64,000 bases of DNA from Octopus vulgaris (GCA_951406725.2 OX597836.1:25730001-25794000), one strand, 5' to 3'; shown: positions 41,032-55,603, numbered from the stretch's first letter. The notes: generated by a model not told the origin, from the letters alone. Numbers and translations are program-made.

Positions 41032-42175
41032 TCTGATGACTGGATGTTAAAACTTGTCTTATTGCATGAAAACAAGAAAGCATCATACTCAGTAACAAAA
41101 CAGGCAAAGGAATATCTAAGTGAATTCCAAATACAACAAATTCCAGAATTAGATGTACTGGAAACAAGCACAGAAAAAGCTAAGCTTATGAAAACCAGTG
41201 CTAAAACTGCTGCCTTAGGTATTCTTACAGATAAATGGTAAGAAAAACCTCTCAAGAGCAAATACCCGGAGAGCTAATAATGCCGATGTTGAAAAAGCCC
41301 TTATCCTTCAATGGTTAGCGTCTTCTGGCTTAAAATCAGAAATAGAAGGGTTTATCATAGCAGCCCAAGATCAATGCCTACCTACAAGGAGCTACCAGGC
41401 CAACATATTAAAGAACGGCAGCTGTCCAACATGTCGTGTATGTAAACAACAAAATGAAATCCATTGATCATGTCTCCATGTGCAGTCTTCTTGCGCCTAG
41501 AGTATCTCGACAGACATGATAGAACAGCACAATATATTCACTGGGTAATCTGCAAACACCTGGACCTGCCCAATGATAAAAACTGGTGGGAACACAATCC
41601 ACCTTCAGTGCTTGAAAATGATCACATCTCACTCCTCTGGAACTTCACCATTCAAACTGACAGAAAGATAGATGCGAATAGGCTCAGGCATATTGAAAGA
41701 CTTCAGACAAAAATCATGCCTCCTCATTGATATAACTGTCTCAATCGTCATAAGTGTATATGTCAAGACCTACCAAAAACGGAGCAAGTATAAAGATTTT
41801 GAAATAGAAATTGGCAAAATGTGGAACCTCACGACTAAAACAATACCTGTTGTCATAGGTGCCATACGAATAATAGCAAAAGGGGCCGATTCCTACATAG
41901 CTCTGATACCAGGAAATCCCAAAATGGCAGAAATTCAAAAGATAGTGCTCATGGGAACTGCCCGTATCCTACGTAAGATATTGTGTATGTAATCTCAAAT
42001 TTTAAAACAAACTTATGTTCTCTTAAACATTCTCTAGAACAATACTATGTACAAAACCAAATATATGACACATTAGGCATAACACCAACTTGAACTTTTA
42101 ACTTTCTCTGGAGGCCTCTGGAGGTCTGACTTGGAGTCAACTTGTACAAATACAAAGCAAAAGTCAAGTATATAA
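41029..42175 (+). mobile_element. R4/Dong-type retrotransposon, 5'-truncated and frameshifted
   Basis: SDDWMLKLV..HE, EGFIIAAQDQ, CRVC knuckle, RHD, WNFTIQTDRKIDANR, IDITV, PVVIGA, IQKIVLMGTARILRK*. Flanked by (TAA)n. Confidence 0.92.
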
Positions 42176-42193
42176 AATAATAATAATAATAAC

Positions 42194-42306
<113 letters not shown>

Positions 42307-42850
42307 GTACCAGGCAGTGGCTCTCATGGCTTCTGATCTTAACTGATTGCAAGTGTTATCATGTACATTGTTTTGTCTTGGTATAAAAGATGGGCTACAG
42401 CAAACATTCTGCTCAATACCACAGATTTGCTTGTCAGTTGTTTGACCTTAACCAGTTGAGCATGTCCCTTAGTGGCTGACGATATGTGCATCTCTGATCA
42501 CGAGCAGAAGTAGTGGAGGAGCATCATAGCCATGTGTTGAGAGGGATTCTTTGGGGTTTGAATAATTCACCTCTGGAAACATGGGTGGTTCATTCAACAT
42601 CCTTAAACAACCCTTATTCAGGGACCTTTTGAGCGGGATGGGCTACTCAACCTGAAGAAAATTCTAACTGGGTCCCACCTGCAAGGTCATGCGCTGTTTA
42701 TCTTGATATGAGATCACCATGTCGCGCACATATGGTTGTGATGCATGTGCCTGGTGTACCCTTATCAGACGGGTAGTCATGATGGGTATATTGGGCTTCG
42801 TATATTTTACCCCAGTGTCACTTTGATGGCATGAACTGCTCTCTCACTCA
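42307..42850 (+). mobile_element. (TAA)n-flanked non-coding retroposed element (long 3' UTR or non-autonomous partner of a Dong-type family)
   Basis: Two near-identical copies share a 3' end and differ at the 5' end. Both sit in (TAA)n in the same orientation. Confidence 0.8.
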
Positions 42851-43299
42851 ATAATAATAATAATAATAATAATAATAACTCTGTAGGAACTCAACCCTCC
42901 TCCACACAGCGTGGGTTTTGAGAAAATGTCCGGCAAGTCAACAGTAGTGGCCAAAATATTTCTAACAGTGAAACACAACAGTACCAGTATGATCAAGTAA
43001 ATTATTATACCACATCGGTCATTATGTGGATGTAATTAAGACCGTGATTACAGAACGAGAGGACGTTTGCTGCTGGATTAAAATTTACGAACCAAGTATC
43101 TCAGGGACCTCATACACCGAGAATACTTGAAAACGTGATATAAAAGGAACAAGACGGGCTTCTTTCAGTTTGTGTCTACCAATTGTGGGCTATAGAAGAA
43201 GATACCCAAGGTGCCACACGGTGGGACTGAACCTGGAACTATGTGGCTGGGAAACAAACTTCTTACCACAAATCAAAGTCTGCGACTCTATATATATTA

Positions 43300-43391
<92 letters not shown>

Positions 43392-43602
43392 CGTGTGTGT
43401 GTGTCTAAAATTTCATTTTCATGTAGATCCATCATTAATATAGTTCCAGCTCTGAAATCAATACTTTATTACATAATCGAATAATCGATGTCTGAACAGT
43501 TAAATCGTGTATTTTGTCCATCAGTCTGATCAACTCTAAGTATTAATCTTGGAGTAATAAATGTCGAGATTTAACCATATTAATGATAATCTTTACGATT
43601 TT

Positions 43603-44034
43603 AGGCACAAGGCCCGACATTCGTCGGAAAGCGGTTAGTGGATCTCATTGACTAGTAATTAATACATCGATCCCGAAGGGATGAAAGGAAAAATCGACTT
43701 CGGTAGAATTTGAACTCAGAACGTAATGACTGACGAAATACCTATTTCTTTACTACCCACAAGGGGCTAAATACAGAGGGGACAAACAAGGACAGACAAA
43801 CGGATTAAGTCGATTACATCGACCCCAGTGCGTAACTGGTACTTATTTAATCGACCCCGAAAGGATGAAAGGCAAAGTCGACCTGGGCGGAATTTGAACT
43901 CAGAACGTAGCGGCAGACGAAATACCGCTAAGTATTTCGCCCGGCGTGCTAACGTTTCTGCCAGCTCGCCGCCGGACGAAATACCGCAAAGCGTTTTCCC
44001 CGGCGCGGTAACGACTCTGCCAGCTCGTCGCCTT
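43603..44034 (-). mobile_element. Young tail-B SINE (43743-43973) nested in an old tail-A SINE
   Basis: TSD GACGAAATACC at 43732-43742 and 43975-43985. The old head continues at 43975-44034. Confidence 0.92.
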
Positions 44035-44101
44035 TCCGGTATCAAGGATATTGCTTCCAAAATGTAAATGTAACGCATTTGTGTATACCATGATATGTAA
44101 T

Positions 44102-44151
<50 letters not shown>

Positions 44152-44274
44152 CGTGGAAGAGAGAGAAGGGAGAGAGAGAGAGATACAGATAGACAGACAG
44201 ACAGAAAGAGAGATAGTCAGAGAGAGAAAGAGAGAGAGAGAGTGAGAGAGAGAGTGATAGACAGACAGACAGTC

Positions 44275-44325
<51 letters not shown>

Positions 44326-44737
44326 GAAAACGAGAGAGACAGAGACAGACATACATGCATATATATATATATATATATATCCAAAGGGGTTTTAATACAG
44401 TAGTTACTAATGAGTATTTATAGCTTCTCGATCCACCGTCCGAAGAAAAGAACTATTTCACGTTCTCTCGAAGTTTATAATTTTTATGACGTCAGCATAC
44501 ATACATGCATACACACACACACACACTCACACATACATACATACATACATACATACATACATACATACATACATACATACATACATACATACATACATAC
44601 ATACACATAGGGTGTTCGGGCTAAATTTAAAGGGTTTTAACTCTTCTTATTTTACAAGAACATCTTGATGTATTGAACAGTCAACGGCGTTGGAAAGCAT
44701 AATGATTAAAGCTGTAGTATGTATACATATATACACA

Positions 44738-44806
<69 letters not shown>

Positions 44807-47699
44807 CGACGCATATATTCTCCAAATACATTTTAGTCTAGTCTATAATGAATTGTTAATTGCTGAATCTAATTCGGCGTTTTACTAGTTTTTAGATATT
44901 TTAAGGCGGCGAGTTGGCAGAAATGTTAGTGCGTCGCCGGACGAAATGCTGCTAAGCATTTCGTCCGACTTTCTATAGTTCAAATTCCGCCGAGGTTAAC
45001 TTTGCCTTTCATCCTTTCGGGGTCGATAAAATAAGTATCAGTTACGAATTGGGATCGATATAATCGACTGAACCCTGCCTCTGAAACTGCTGGCCTTGTG
45101 GCAAAATTTGAAGCCAGTATCTAATTGCTGAATTTAGTTCAGTGCTTTAACAAACGACTGTAGTACATTCGCTTTACCTATTTAATGAAATATTAAAGAT
45201 TATACGATGTTTAAATTTAAGAAATAAACCCTACCTCCCATGTCAGCATTATTGGCTTTGAATATAAGCCATGAAATGGGGGCAGGGATAGGGTTTGGGT
45301 GGCGTAAGGTTAAGGTAGGGCAGGGTCGATAAGCAGCAGTGAAAAATTAAAAAAAAATTATGGAAGAAACAAGAAGGGGATCGATATTTTGATCGAGAGA
45401 GTAAGAGATGGGGTTCAGTGTGGGGATGCGATAAACGTTGACAATAAAGAGATATTAATTTAATGAATTGCTGAGACGGGAAATGGAGAGAGAGAGGGGC
45501 AGAGTGAGGAGATAGTGGGAGAGAGAGAGGGTAGTAGGAGAGTGAGAGAGAGGAGGAAAGTGGGAGGAAGAAATGTGAAAGAGAAAGGAGGGAGAGAGGG
45601 AAGAAAAGAGTAAGAGAGAATGTGTTGAAGAGAGAAAGAGAGGGAAAGAGAGAGAGAGAGAAAGCGGGTAGGGATAGACGTCGGTTTAAAGAAGAGAAAG
45701 GGAGAGAGTGTAAAGGAGAGAATGGAGAGAAAGGGAAAGAGAGAAAAAGGGAGAGATGGAGTAAATGTGTAAGAGAGAGAGAGAGAGAGAGAGATAGATA
45801 GAGAGTAGATGAAAGAGAAGGAAACTATAAGAAAAAAGATAAGGTATGAAAACAAAACATTTTAGAATCGAATGATTTAGCGGTTTTTGAAAATGGAGGA
45901 TCAGGGCAATAAATTCGCTTCGTTAGAGTCAACTTGGTTCACTGCTGCTGCCGCTACCACTGCTGCCACTGCTGCCGCTTCCACTGCTGCCGCTACCACT
46001 GATGCCGCTGCCACCGTTGCTGCCGTCGCTGCCGTTGCTGCCGTCGCTGGTTTTGTTGTTGTTGTTTTTTAGTCTCAAAATCAAGCTTTTCATCCGCATG
46101 ATCATCTTATATTTTTTTTCCTTATAATGTGTCGCAATGTATCGAGAACTACAGTATCCAATGTATATTTTGCTTTGTCTTAAAGATTCATAGCTGTGAT
46201 TTGAGAGAGATCTAGATGCTATTTCTAATATTATGTGCTGGTTCGACACATGCATGCGATGCCCCCTGGAAAAATTGCCAAACGAAGACAAACCTAGAAA
46301 AATTTGCAACACTTGCAATTGCATAGATCGAAGTGTTGCAATTCTTTCTAGATGAGTGTGTCATTTTGTATCTTTGAGAGTGTATTGGACCTCGTCACCA
46401 TTTGACAACCGGTGTTGATATGTTTACATTCTCATAGTGGTTTATCAAAAGAGACCAATATGATAAATATCGGGCTTTAAAAGGTCCTAGGGTCGATCAT
46501 TCGACTAAAAATTCTTCAAAGCGGTGCCCCAGCATGGCCACAGTGTAATGAGTGAAGCAAGTAACAGATAAAAGATTATGTATTTGCTGAAGTTCTCTTT
46601 GAAGAAAATGACGAAGCAGAAACGGGTCATAAGGAAGAGATTCGCACAAGGCCCAAAATTTTGGGGGAGGAGCCAGTCGATTAGATAGACCCCAGTACGC
46701 AACTGGTACTTAATTTATAGAAGTCTAAAGGTTGAAAGGCAAAGTAGACCTCGGCGGAATTTGAACTCAGAACGTAAAGGCAGGCGAAATGCCGCCAAGC
46801 ATTTCGCCCGGAGTGCTAACAGTTCTGTCACTTCTGCGATGAAATGGATGCTATTTTTTCATATCTATACATCGCGACTGAGTTATCTACAAAAGATACA
46901 AGTCATATACATGTATATCTACATACATTGTCGGGTTCTACAAAATCCATGTAACTTATTGGACAATGACAACGTCAGAACTCTTCGCCAGATAAACAGG
47001 ATGTGTGTGTGTGTGTGCATGTGCATGTATGTATATACCGTAATTGTTTCTTAGATTCACTCAACAAATCATATCTTGCATATTGTAAGTAATAGCGTCA
47101 TTTTTAGAGAGACAATCCTTCACTCACTTCACTTCCCAGAGCGAAAATACTAAGCAGTGTCCGACAACATGGGCAGAATATATACTACTGATTAAATTTC
47201 ACTCATAAAACATTCTTCAACAAAATCCAGTAGAACCAGAAAGTTTAAACACATTACTGAGAAAGGGAAGGTAAATTTAAACAATGTTACTTCAGGCATA
47301 TAGCTGAAAAGTGTTATAGTTCAGCAAGCTCAAATTACATTTGGCATTTAAAAGAACCTGTTTACTCATTTTTCACCACGGGTGGAAAATGCCTCAATGA
47401 CGTACGTATAATATCGATGGGACAAAAAGATGTAATATTTGTACAGCCGAGAAGAGACTCATACTGAATAACTTCAGTTTCATGAATTATCTAAGCACAA
47501 GATCAGAACCTTTGAACAATGCCACATTCTTCATATGTATCCGTTAACATTTTGGAAATTACTGTTCCACTAAATTAAGTAGACAAACACCGAACTATCT
47601 TACGCACTCATTAAATAATTTGATTTTATTTCTGCAATATGGTAAAACGTTTATTTAAATTATTTATATGATGGAGTCTCTTGTCGAAGATGACGTATG

Positions 47700-47955
47700 A
47701 GCGTTCAGATTTTGCCGGACGATCAGTACAACTGATTTGTTTATAGTGATCAGGTGTTTGTGCCACATATTAGCTCACTTCTTCCATCGAATCGACGTTG
47801 CCTGAACAAGTGCACTGTGTGCCACGCGTCACGTGTCGACGTGATCGCAGAGCAACGCGAGATGTGTTGTGTTTTGCACAAGACCACAACGCACCACCCG
47901 GCCTAGGAATTGAAACCATTATCTCGCGATCGTCAGTGCAACACGTTAACTACTG
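47700..47955 (-). mobile_element. Old tRNA-derived SINE
   Basis: Minus strand GTTAACGTGTTGCAC...GGTTTCAATTCC...TGTGGTCTTGTGCAAAACAC resembles head A. Confidence 0.55.
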
Positions 47956-48005
47956 TGTGTGTGTGTGTCTGTGTGTCTCTGTATGAGTGTGTAGCTAGCT
48001 AGCTA

Positions 48006-48057
<52 letters not shown>

Positions 48058-48076
48058 TAGATAGATAGAGAGATAT

Positions 48077-48135
<59 letters not shown>

Positions 48136-48599
48136 TTCAAAATATTTCATATTTTACTACAATTCCCTCAAAATTTATTTCTACTCACATCTCCTCATCT
48201 ATTTCATCAATTTTTCTGGGCAAATTTAACTTCTGACATATTTCTCGACCCTTTCACTAAAGCTGGCCCGACTTTTTTTTACTTTACTATATTATTTTTT
48301 TATTTTCATGATTTTCTATCGTTGATTTATAATCTGTGCAGGCAAAGACAATCAAAGGGAAACAATCCACTTCAGCTAAGGGATTTTAGAAAGCTTTGTG
48401 TGGTTGAGAATTCTTCAGACAAAATACACGTGACCGGATGTTCCATATATATTGCAATGCATTCGTGTACGTCCAGACTCCCATTTTGTACTCAATCGTC
48501 TGGGAAAAGTCAGCTCTGAGATTAATATTAACGGTATTTTGATTTATACATTAACTATTACTATAAAAATACACAGACCATACACACACACAAACACAA

Positions 48600-48634
<35 letters not shown>

Positions 48635-48758
48635 TATGCCAACGTACATATATACACAGATATAGAAACATACATATGTATAAGTATATATAAATAAATG
48701 ATTATGTATACAAATGTAGATGTATATATGTGTATATTTAGAAAGATATATGTATATA

Positions 48759-48847
<89 letters not shown>

Positions 48848-48899
48848 ATACATATATATATATATATATACATACATACATACATATATATATATATAA

Positions 48900-48978
<79 letters not shown>

Positions 48979-49214
48979 TATATCAATATATTTAGAGCGA
49001 GATTGAAAGAAAAAGTGAATGACAGAGAAAGAACGAGGAAACGGTGAAGAGAGAGGGGATAGAGATAGAAAGAGAGACAGAGAAAGGACGGGGAGTTGAA
49101 AAGAATGGTACAGGTTGATATGTTAAAGACAGAACGGGGGGAGACAGAAAGAGAGTTTAGATATGCAGTCAGTTCGATAAAGCTAGCGATCGAACGAGCG
49201 AATGACAAAGGAAT

Positions 49215-49260
<46 letters not shown>

Positions 49261-49528
49261 GAGAGAGAGTGAGAGAGAGAGAGAGCGATGTATGCTGGAG
49301 ATAAGTCTAGCTTGTATATAGGACACGATTTTCCGTGTCAACTCCTCATTTAGCAGAAAGCCAGTGCCGTTAATAAAATAGGTGGCCTCTTTCTGATTGC
49401 TGTAACATAGATCTATTGATCAAGGAGAGTGCATTACAAATGTTAGGTGACATTATAGCAGCGATAATCGGATATCGGTTTCACACACACACACACACAT
49501 ACGAACTAATAAATGCATATATGCATGT

Positions 49529-49604
<76 letters not shown>

Positions 49605-49672
49605 ATATATATATAAGCAGCCTGTTGCCCGCCCTTTTAATTATTTTTACTATCTATACATATATATATATG

Positions 49673-49783
<111 letters not shown>

Positions 49784-49827
49784 ACCTACCTACCTACCTA
49801 CCTACCTACCGCTCTCACTCTCTTTCC

Positions 49828-49880
<53 letters not shown>

Positions 49881-50150
49881 CACACATATATATATATAGA
49901 TAGATACATACATACATACATACATACATGTATATTACGTATAAAAATATATATATACGTATATGTTTAAGCGAACGCGTATACATATACGTACACATTT
50001 TATGTAACCATATATCTATATTTAAGTGCACAACCATTTATAAGTATACATTCATGTGTGAATATATATACATAATAAATATGAGGTTTTCGTGCGCGGT
50101 TTGTTTATCTTCAAAATAGAGCATTGTCTTATATTTCTGCTGCGTTGTAC

Positions 50151-50202
<52 letters not shown>

Positions 50203-50423
50203 ATGTGTGTGCGTGTATCTTTGTACACATACGCGCGTGTTTCTATTGCTCTATGGCTTGGCATAACAGAACAATATTACATAAACGAAAGAAGCAAACT
50301 ATTACAACTGACGAACGCATTAGCTAGAAACCCATAAAACGGAACAGCACCAAATGCACTTAGGTACAATACAGTTTAGCTTCTGCTTTGTGAGGCTTTA
50401 TTTTTTCCATGCGTATTTATTAT

Positions 50424-50485
<62 letters not shown>

Positions 50486-50582
50486 TTGCTATTAATATTT
50501 CATTACTATTATTATTGTTATTATTATTATTATTATTATTATCATCAACATCATCATCGTCATTATTATTATTATTATTATT

Positions 50583-50686
<104 letters not shown>

Positions 50687-50958
50687 CATTATTATTACTA
50701 TTATTATTATTACTTTTATCTTTGCTAATATTATTATTATTATTACTACTATTTTTGTTATTATTATTATCATTATTATTATTACTATTATTATTATTAC
50801 TATTATTATTACTATTAATACTATTGTTATTATTATCATTATTATTATTGCTATTATTACTATTATTATTATTATTAGTGTTATTAATATTATTGTTATT
50901 ATTACTATTATTACTATTATTATTAATATTATTATTATTATCAATATTATTATTATTA

Positions 50959-51012
<54 letters not shown>

Positions 51013-51430
51013 CATTACTATTGTTATTATTATTGTTGTTGTTGTTGTTGTTGTTGTTGTTCCTGTTCATTTTATTTCATAAACTAACACAGTCAATATA
51101 CCTGAAAAATACATAAAAATTAAAGACAAAAGCTTTTCTTCAATCAAGCATAAAAACCAAATAGAAGCTGGAATATAAAAAAGACCCGTTGGTCTTGCGA
51201 AACCGGACGATTAACACGTTTTATTGAAAGTAGGTTTAATCTCGAAATATCTATCTGCCCTGCGTACCGGCAATACATTTTCGTACACAAGCACATACAC
51301 ATATATACATATATATGTGTGTATATGTATGTGTGTGTGTATGTATGTATGTAGTATGTATGTATATATGTATATATATGTATATATATAAATGTATATA
51401 TATATATAGGTGAAATAGTTATATATATAT

Positions 51431-51492
<62 letters not shown>

Positions 51493-51649
51493 GTATATAG
51501 ATGGACATATATATATATATGTATGCGTATATATATATATATATGTGTCTGAGTCTGTGTCTGTGTGTATGTATGTATACATATATATACATATATATAT
51601 ATACGTAGAGAAAGAGTCAGAGAGATAGGGAGTGTGTCCAGACACACAC

Positions 51650-52460
51650 ACAAGCGTTGTCCTCAAAGTTAGCGCATCGGTTTCTTAGTAACTAACGTGA
51701 AGTCAGTTTTGGTCGAGTAGCTCTTTTTGCATAGTAACCCTTCTTCCTGTTCTTCTTCCTCATCGCAGCAGGCAAATAATTGGGTTTCAAGCAGAACCAA
51801 GGTGCCGTTATTGAGGTCTTGACGAAGAAGAGGTACAGGCTTTGTGACTTCCACAGATATCTGCATGTTGTTGACAGAGACGACACGATTAACAAGATTA
51901 ATGTGCAGAGATTGATGAAGGAGTTCAAAGAATTTAAACCCAACATTGTAAAGAAGCCACGCTGTGGGAGGCCAACAGCTATGACCAGTGACAGAAATCG
52001 ATTGCGAGAGAACAAATTGATTTGCTTACGGTTGTTGTTGTTGTTTTTCAATAAGATATTTTTTAATTATCAGTCGTGAGATACTACAGGTATTTCTCGG
52101 TAAACTTTCCTCGCGGTGAACTTTCTTCACGGTGAATTGATGGCGGTGAACTTACCTGTAATCACATTTACTGTGACAATGTTCGAACACATACATGTTT
52201 ACCAATAAATCAGGGAATCAGAAAATTGGACCGATCAGTGGTTCTCCATTCACTGCACTGCACGGATCTGTTGCCCTCCGTATTCTGTCTGTTTGGTCCA
52301 ATGAGCAACAGTCTTCGGGAACAAATATTTGATGACAGAAACAAGTTAAAAGTGATGTGGAGTAGTGCGTGCAACTGTGGTCATTTGAATTTTACCAAAG
52401 GAGATTCAAGAGTTGCGTTCAACGATGGTGCAAATTCAATGTTTGAGATTGAAACTCTGT
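51650..52460 (+). mobile_element. Highly degenerate mariner transposase remnant
   Basis: QGAVIEVL, KPRCGRP and VLHSLHCTDLLPSVFCLFGPM (decayed HPPYSPDLAPSDYHLFGPM). Confidence 0.7.
52085..52160. mobile_element. Tiny MITE-like insert with ~13-bp TIRs and four internal CGGT(A/G)AA repeats
   Basis: TACAGGTATTTC ... GAACTTACCTGTA. Interrupts the mariner remnant. Confidence 0.55.
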
Positions 52461-52575
52461 TGTATTGTTTTTGCAGAAAAAGGAAGAATTTGTCCACCAA
52501 CATGTGCAAATTGAACGGCCAATGGCATTTAATACAAATCCCACGTCCACTTTCGTATCATTCTGCCGTTATCTA

Positions 52576-52848
52576 TCCGAGGATGAGAGACTTCCTGGAA
52601 AGTTCCGAGGATATAAAATTCCGAAGATTTCCTGGAAAGTTCTGAGGATGTAAAATTCCGAAGATTTCCTGGAAACTTCCGAGGATGGGACTTCCTGAAA
52701 ATTCCGAGGACTTCCTGGAAAGTTCCGAGGAGTGATTTCCTGGAAAATTCCGATGACTTCCTGGAATGTTCCTAGGATTAGACTTCGTGGGAAGTTCCGA
52801 GGATGGGACTTCCTGGAAAGTACCGAGAATGGGACTTCCTGGAAAGTA
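52576..52848. repeat. Minisatellite of ~20-37-bp units built on TTCCTGGAAAGTTCCGAGGA
   Basis: Eight exact TTCCTGGAA at 52592, 52629, 52666, 52712, 52737, 52758, 52810 and 52836. Confidence 0.85.
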
Positions 52849-53508
52849 CATATTATATATGTACTATATGATATATATATATATATATATACATACATAT
52901 TACATTATATTATAAAGATATGTATACACATACACATGTTTACATAAATCTACATACGGACATACTTATATACGTACATGCATATGCATATAGACACACA
53001 CATATGTCTGTGTGTGTGTGTGTGTTTGCAGAGATTGAGAGAGAGAGTGAGGAGAGAGAGAAAGAAGGAAAGAAAGAAAGAAAGAAAGAGAGCAGTTACA
53101 TAGCGTTGTATTTGGCGCAGACGTCTGTGTCTTTGCCTCGTTGTCCCTGTCTATGTTTACGAGTATAAAAGACCTTGTCATTTTTCACTAAGCGATACAA
53201 GAGAATTTATTAGACATCATTAAAACAAGAACCAGACAGACGTAAGTACGGAGCTCGGCAGGATTCTGTCTGGATGAGGTTTCAATTATTATCATTACTA
53301 TTCCAATATGGTAATTGCTTTAGTTTCGACACATGAGCTCTGATAAATAGACTCATGCGTCCGTGCGTGTGTGAGTGAATGTGTGTGAGTGTGTGCGTAT
53401 GTGTGTATGTATGTATGTATGTATGTATGTATGTATGTATGTATGTATGTATGTATATATGTACATGTTCAGCATATGGATATATGTGTATTTATATATA
53501 CAAATATA

Positions 53509-54408
53509 TACAAGGAGGTACCCAAAAGTAATCGGAAATGTTCTCTGTGAGACAAGCCCATTGTTGGTTCAGGCTTCCGCCGTGGGAAGCAACTTGATGT
53601 GACCCTCAGGCATCAGTCTGTCGACCGGTGTCGTATGTTGCAGCCTTACTACCACGCGGTGTGTCTGTTTTGCAGTGCTTCTCCTCCTCTGTTCGTCGAT
53701 TTTTGCGATGGCTGAAACAAAGGAACCGCGTGCTTCCGCGAAATTTTGTTTTCTCGGGAGAAAACGGCAACCGAAACAGTTGTAAGGCTTCAAACAGCTT
53801 ACAAGGACGACCCTGCCATGAGCAAAACACAAGTTTACGAGTGGTTTTCACGCTTTAAGAATAGTCATTTGTCACTTTAAGACCAACCTCGTTCAGGACG
53901 ACCATCAACCTCCCAAACGAATGCAAAGATCACCGATATTCATGACCTGATGTTGCAGAAACATCACTGAACAATTGACGAACTTGTTGATATGACTGGT
54001 GTGTCCTGGAGCTATTGCTAACAAATTTTGAGCGAGGAATTGCGAACGAAAAGAGTTGCAGCAAAATTTGTGCCTCACTTGCTCACGGAAGATTAAAAGC
54101 TGTTACGACTGAGTGAGTGTCGTAAACTAAAAAAAAAAAAACAGTTGGAAATTGATCCGGACCTTTTTTCGAAGGTCATCACTGTTGACGAAAGCTGGTG
54201 TTACGGAACTCGCAAATGTGGAAGAGGTGAAGAAACAAACGACGGAGGCGTTAATAGGCATCACTTTGTGAGAGTTCCAGCAATGCTGCGCGAACTGTGG
54301 AAAACGCGTCTGGACCGATGCATTGCTTCAAATGGAGAATACTTCGAAGGAGATAAAAGTATAAATATGTAGAACTAAGTGAATAAAATAACATTGGAAA
54401 ATTCCTGC
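53509..54408 (+). mobile_element. Mariner element with internal deletion
   Basis: GKTATET, MSKTQVYEWFSRFK, DQPRSGRPST, AKFVPHLL, VITVDESWCY, then a jump to [16 protein letters not shown]. Stops and frameshifts present. The left end TACAAGGAGGTACCCAAAAGTAATCGGAA follows TA. Confidence 0.88.
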
Positions 54409-54438
54409 TATATATATATATATGTATATATATATGTA

Positions 54439-54594
<156 letters not shown>

Positions 54595-54637
54595 AACATA
54601 ATGATATATATATATATATGCATACATATATATATAA

Positions 54638-54713
<76 letters not shown>

Positions 54714-55238
54714 ATAATGTATATATATGTACATACATATATACATACATATATATGCATACAGATATACATATATATATACATATATATATAGATATGT
54801 ATATATGTGCGGGCATTCCTTCTTTCTTTTCTTCTTGTTTCGTCTATTTTTTTATATTAATCAATCTACAGATATTTGGCATCACAGTGAAAAGTAAATA
54901 CCAAGGTTTCAGCTGTAGTCTCTTTAGGTACAGTAAACAAAAAGAAACCAGAACAAAATCAGTTTAATATGACTGGTTTCAGTCTGTACTAACGTTTCAT
55001 CAGTGATCGATTACTGATTCCTATTGAAGCAGAAAACATTAGCTTTTATTTGTTCGAATGCCTTTCAAGGTAATGCGACCGCCTCATCAGTGGAGCGTGG
55101 CGAAACTTTGTTGAAGCGTTGGTTATATCAAGATGGCTTGTAGGTATGATTTGCATAAATTAAATAAAACTCGAAATAAGTTTCATTTTAAAACCTGTTA
55201 CACACACACACACGAACACGCACATACACACACACATG

Positions 55239-55269
<31 letters not shown>

Positions 55270-55274
55270 ATGTG

Positions 55275-55421
55275 CCGCAGACGTAGCTGTGTGGCCAGAA
55301 GCTTGCTTCCCAACCACATGGTTCCGGGTTCAGTCCCACTATGTCGCAACTTGCGTAACTGTCTCCTTCTATAGCCTCGGACCGACTAAAATCTTGTCAG
55401 CAGATTTACTAGACGGAAATT
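55275..55421 (+). mobile_element. SINE 5' half (family of 60288-60701)
   Basis: TAGCTGTGTGG...CCAACCACATGGTTCCGGGTTCAGTCCCAC...CTATAGCCTCGG. Confidence 0.8.
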
Positions 55422-55564
55422 AATCACCTGTTCCCATATGATTATATGCTTCCACACCTTTGTTTTTACAATTACCCACTCTTTCTATTTGATAATCAGT
55501 ACCACTAATACGTGTGTACCGGCTGATGGCTGTCGATTTTGTATCCTCTCCACTTTCTTATTTG

Positions 55565-55598
<34 letters not shown>

Positions 55599-55603
55599 CT
55601 AAT

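Noticed and set aside
45887-46072. Ala-rich (plus) or Gly/Ser-rich (minus) ORF
   Set aside because: Degenerate (GCT/GCC)n repeat. Unlike 33091-33229, there is no convincing donor or acceptor.
52576-52848. CRISPR-like repeat-spacer array
   Set aside because: The spacers are short and themselves repetitive, the context is eukaryotic, and there are no cas genes.
54968-55095. Two minus-strand CTGATGA...GAAA motifs
   Set aside because: Stem II and stem I do not pair properly. At best very decayed.
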